From positions 1,054,001 through 1,118,000 of the forward strand of contig JASTWF010000070.1 in NCBI GenBank assembly GCA_030390025.1: a stretch of 64,000 nucleotides of DNA, read 5' to 3'. Positions within the stretch are counted from its first letter, which is position 1, and each line of letters begins with the position of its first letter. Below, one piece after another: positions 61,029-64,000 of this stretch. The stretch is from Squalus acanthias (lineage: Eukaryota). The translations under genes were made by a program, and so were the position numbers. Below the pieces are notes generated by a model. It saw only the letters and a program-made list of their open reading frames with translations. It had not been told where the DNA came from and ran no database searches.

Positions 61029-63800
61029 TCATGACGATGTGTAATCCGCACCAAACGCCAGGCGCGCGTACAGAATCTGTGAGGGAGCAACACGAGAATA
61101 CAATTCACAGAATCATAGAATCATAGAATGGTTACAGCACGGAAGAAGGCCATTCAGCCAGGCGAACCCGTGCCGACTCTCAGCTAGTCCCACTCCCCCG
61201 CCCTTTCCCCGTAGCCCTGCAATTTTTTTTTCTTCAAATGCTTATCCAACTCCCCTTTGAAAGATAAGATTGAGTCTACCTCCACCACCCTCTCAGGCAG
61301 CGCATTCCAGATCCGAACCATTCGCTGCGTAAAAAAGTTTATTCTTACGTCACCTTTGGTTCTTTTGCCAATCACCTGAAATCTGTGTCCTCTGATTCTC
61401 GACCCTTCCGCCAATGGGATCAGTTTCTCTCTATCTACTCTGTCCGGACCCCTCATGATTTTGAACACCTCTATCAAATCTCCTCTCAACCTTCTCTGCT
61501 CCAAGGAGAACAACCCCAGCTTCACCAGTCCATCCACCTAACTGAAGTCTTTCATTCCTGGAACCATTCTCCTAAATCTTTTCTGCACCCTCTCTGAGGC
61601 CTTCACATCCTTCCTAAAGTGTGGTGCCTAGAATTGGACACAGTACTCCAGTTGTGGCCGAACCAGTGTTTTATACAGGTTCATCATAATGTCCACACTT
61701 TTGTACTCTATACCTCGATTTATGAAGCCCAGGAGCCTTTTTAACTGCTTTCTCAACACGCCCTGCCACCTTCAACAATTTGTGCACATTTACCCCAAGG
61801 TTTCTCTGTTCCTGCACCCACTTCAGTATTGTACCCTTTAGTTTATATGTCTTCTCCTCATTCTTTCTTCCAAAATGTTTCACTTCGCACTTTTCTGCGT
61901 TAAATTTCATCTTCCACATGTCCTCCCATTCCACCAGCCTGTTTATGGCCTCTTGAAATCTGTCACCCTTCTCCTCACTGTTCACTATACTTCCAAGTTT
62001 TGTATCATTTGCAAATTTTGAAATTGTGCCTTGTACACCCACTTCCAAGTCATTAATATATTTCTTCCCCCTCCTGCTCAACTTCATTCTGAGTCAGTAT
62101 AAGTTTGAATCAAAATGGGAACAACAGGTCTCCCGCCTGAGTGTCTTTAGATTAATTTAAGAACAGGAAACACGAATTTAAGAAAAGTTTATGCATTTCC
62201 CCTTTTGAATATAATTTCAATTTTACTGAGTACAGTGTAAGAATTAATTCAGAATGATCAGTAATGGGCACCATCCTCCCTTTCTCTGTAACCTCCTCCA
62301 GCCCTACAACCCTCCGAGATCTCTGCGCTCCTCCAGTTCTGGCCTCTTGCGCATCCCCCGATTTCCATCGCTCCACCATTGGCGGCCGTGTCTTCAGCTG
62401 CCTGGGCCCCGAGCTCTGTGATTCCCTCCCTAAACCTCTCCGCCTCTCTCTCCTCCTTCAAGACACTCCTTAAAACCGACCTCTTTGACCAAGCTTTTGG
62501 TCACCTGTCCTAATATCTCCTTATGTGGCTCGGTGTCAAATCGTGTCTGATAATAGCTCCTGTGGGACGTTTTAGTATGTTAAAGGGGCTATATAAATGC
62601 AGATTCTTGTTGTTGAATTATGTGTAGGCTTAAAGGTTGTTAAGTGTTCACTCGCATATTTATCCATTTTTAAAATGCGCACTTCCTTTAGTGCTAGACT
62701 TTATGTAGAATTTAGACAGAGACATGGAGGGGGCACAAAAGGGATTCAGCAAGTTGATATTAGGGATGAAAGACCTTAATTAGGAAGAGACGCGGTTGGG
62801 GATACTGTTAGAACAGAGAAGGTTAAGAGGAAATCTAATAGAGTTTTTCAGTTTTAGCAGGGATTTGGTAAAGTGGATAAGGAAAGACATTTTCCACTTG
62901 TCCGTGAGTCGGCAAGAGCATAAAAATAAGATCATTACAAAAAGGAATGAAGATGTTAGCAATCGTTAATGCAGTCGGTTGGTGGGTCAGAGAAGGGCAT
63001 ATTAGGAATAGTCGTGGAAGCAGTTTTGAAGAAGGATGTAATTTAATATTTGAAAAAGAAAAAAAAAGTATGAAGAATGGGTAGGGCAATAGGACTAAGA
63101 GGAACCACCTTCAGAGAAAGGTTACAGGGCGATGGGTGAAAGGGAAAAGGCTGAGCGATTGAGACTAAGGGGCGAGCTCTCTCAGACAGCAATCACAGGT
63201 ACGATGCGCCGAATGACCCTCCTCCTGTACTGGAAAAGTCTGAATCTGGATAGGGACATGTCGTCAAAACTTAAGGAAGGATATACTTGCCATAGAGGGA
63301 GTGCAACGAAGGTTCAGCAGACTGATTCCTGGGATGGGGGGATTGTCCTATGAGGGGAGATTGAGCAGACTAGGCCTATATTCTCTCGAGTTTAGATGAA
63401 TGAGAGGTGATCTCATTGAAACATACACAATTCTTACAGGGCTTGACAGGGCAGAAGCAGGGAGGATGATTCCCCTGACTGGGGAGTCGGTCTTGTTCCA
63501 GTCTTCGCCGGTTCAGACGCTTGCTGTCGGGTCCTTGTTAAACTGCAATGCCAGACGAGGAGGATGGCGCGTCTCGTTGTGTCCTGGTACAGACAGTGGC
63601 AGCGACAGGAATTAAAGCTCGTTTACAAAATGGGCGAATTCGTAAGGACAGCGGGAAGATTTTCCGGCGAGATATGTAATAAATCGGGTAATTATACTCT
63701 GGTCATTGCAAATGTCCAGAGAAATGATTCTGGGCAAGCGTCTGAACCGGCGGAGACTGGAACAAGACCGACTGAGACATAATAACTGAGAAGGAGACAA
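61029..63800 (-). pseudogene. Gene B': rearranged duplicate of gene B (continues beyond window end)
   Basis: Terminal ITIM exon 61076-61029 (ILYARLAFGADYTSS*) retained; TM and first cytoplasmic exons deleted; C exon absent; most of V exon inverted at 63485-63735. Confidence 0.8.
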
Positions 63801-64000
63801 AAAATATTAACAACAGGTTATGGGCCCGAAGCCAACGTCTGGCGGGCCTACCTTGATACCGACAAATCAAAAAAATCCATCTTTAGGCGCATGTCGGCTT
63901 CAAAGTTGCGCTGTTGTTATTGGTTGAAATTACCACTTTGCTGAATATCTTAGTTGCTTTTTTAAAGTTAAAGTTGAATGTGAAATTACACATAGAATCT

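Larger units (their letters stand above)
50619..64000 (+). repeat. Segmental duplicate (direct orientation) of window 1-~13820
   Basis: Collinear unique and repeat sequence, e.g. 1 vs 50619, 5936 vs 56909, 9071 vs 61029, 13820 vs 64000; scattered substitutions and several copy-specific indels. Confidence 0.95.

Noticed and set aside
63400-63615. In-frame CR1 RT / Ig V fusion ORF
   Set aside because: By-product of the inversion; frameshifts after about 15 V codons and has no leader

Overview
Eukaryotic, repeat-rich DNA from a cartilaginous fish (shark), inferred from HE1/V-SINE, DeuSINE and CR1/L2 repeats and a type I (sigma-cart) Ig light-chain C exon. The core of the window is a cluster of non-rearranging, antigen-receptor-like genes built as leader - germline VJ exon - Ig C1 exon - transmembrane exon - cytoplasmic exons ending in an ITIM/ITSM-type tyrosine motif. 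Two members splice into intact ORFs: gene A (minus, 1960-6965, 300 aa) and gene C (plus, 41010-48088, 343 aa). Four further copies are damaged: B (9071-14179), a relic D (37639-39830), A' (52578-57953) and B' (61029-63800). A'/B' lie in a >13 kb segmental duplicate of the A/B block. A pseudogenised Ig light-chain C exon with a possible decayed J sits inside the cluster. The window also shows how copies were disabled (repeat-mediated deletion, an inversion-duplication, frameshifts) and holds three copies of a palindrome-rich Harbinger-like MITE. All gene models were built by hand from splice signals and reading frames; expression and novelty are untested.
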